Below are positions 63,831-64,000 of a stretch of DNA of 64,000 nt, piece after piece. The DNA is taken from NCBI GenBank assembly GCA_030704615.1, contig CM060731.1, positions 15,810,001 through 15,874,000 on the forward strand. The letters run 5' to 3'. A program made the translations under genes and the position numbers. The notes under the pieces are model-generated. The model searched no databases, was not told the origin of the DNA, and saw only the letters and a list, made by a program, of their open reading frames with translations. The DNA is from Takakia lepidozioides (Eukaryota > Plantae > Bryophyta). How positions within the stretch are numbered: the first letter of the stretch is position 1; every line of letters starts with the position of its first letter.

Positions 63831-64000
63831 CTTGTGAGGTGTTAAGTGAAGCGAGAAAGAAGGCCCTTTTTTTCTTTTTTTTTTAAGAATGAGGGTGGGC
63901 CCTCCTTCTAGTTCTAGAGCTTTCCATAAGGAGGATGAGGCAGTTGGCCCTTCTAGAAGGCTCCACCACCGCCCTGAGAGACTTATATAAAGAAGGTTGG

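Overview
Intron-rich nuclear DNA from a land plant, most likely a non-seed plant (bryophyte/lycophyte/fern grade). That assignment is inferred from gene content, not from a database. I reconstructed eight spliced protein-coding genes by hand, seven on the minus strand. They are a cyanobacterial-type M23 metallopeptidase (candidate plastid peptidoglycan hydrolase, split over 7 exons and largely missed by the ORF track), a UCP012943-like conserved protein, beta-carotene hydroxylase, a 76-aa acylated SVIP-like protein absent from the ORF track, a conserved coiled-coil protein (+ strand), MAP70, PRP40 (WW/FF splicing factor) and a LIN37-like DREAM subunit. The interval at about 16-26 kb is a block of decayed transposons: MULE-like MITEs, an L1 LINE with a 756-bp internal tandem duplication, and a hAT MITE nested in a 38-bp minisatellite. 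Two dispersed non-LTR families recur across the window. One is an RTE-X-like LINE whose intronic copies all lie in the host sense orientation. The other is a family of very short (about 45-80 bp) retroposed elements with target-site duplications, a UUCG-tetraloop hairpin and (TC)n/(TTC)n tails. No CRISPR array, rRNA or true tRNA gene was seen. Family names come from motif recognition from memory and need confirming by search.
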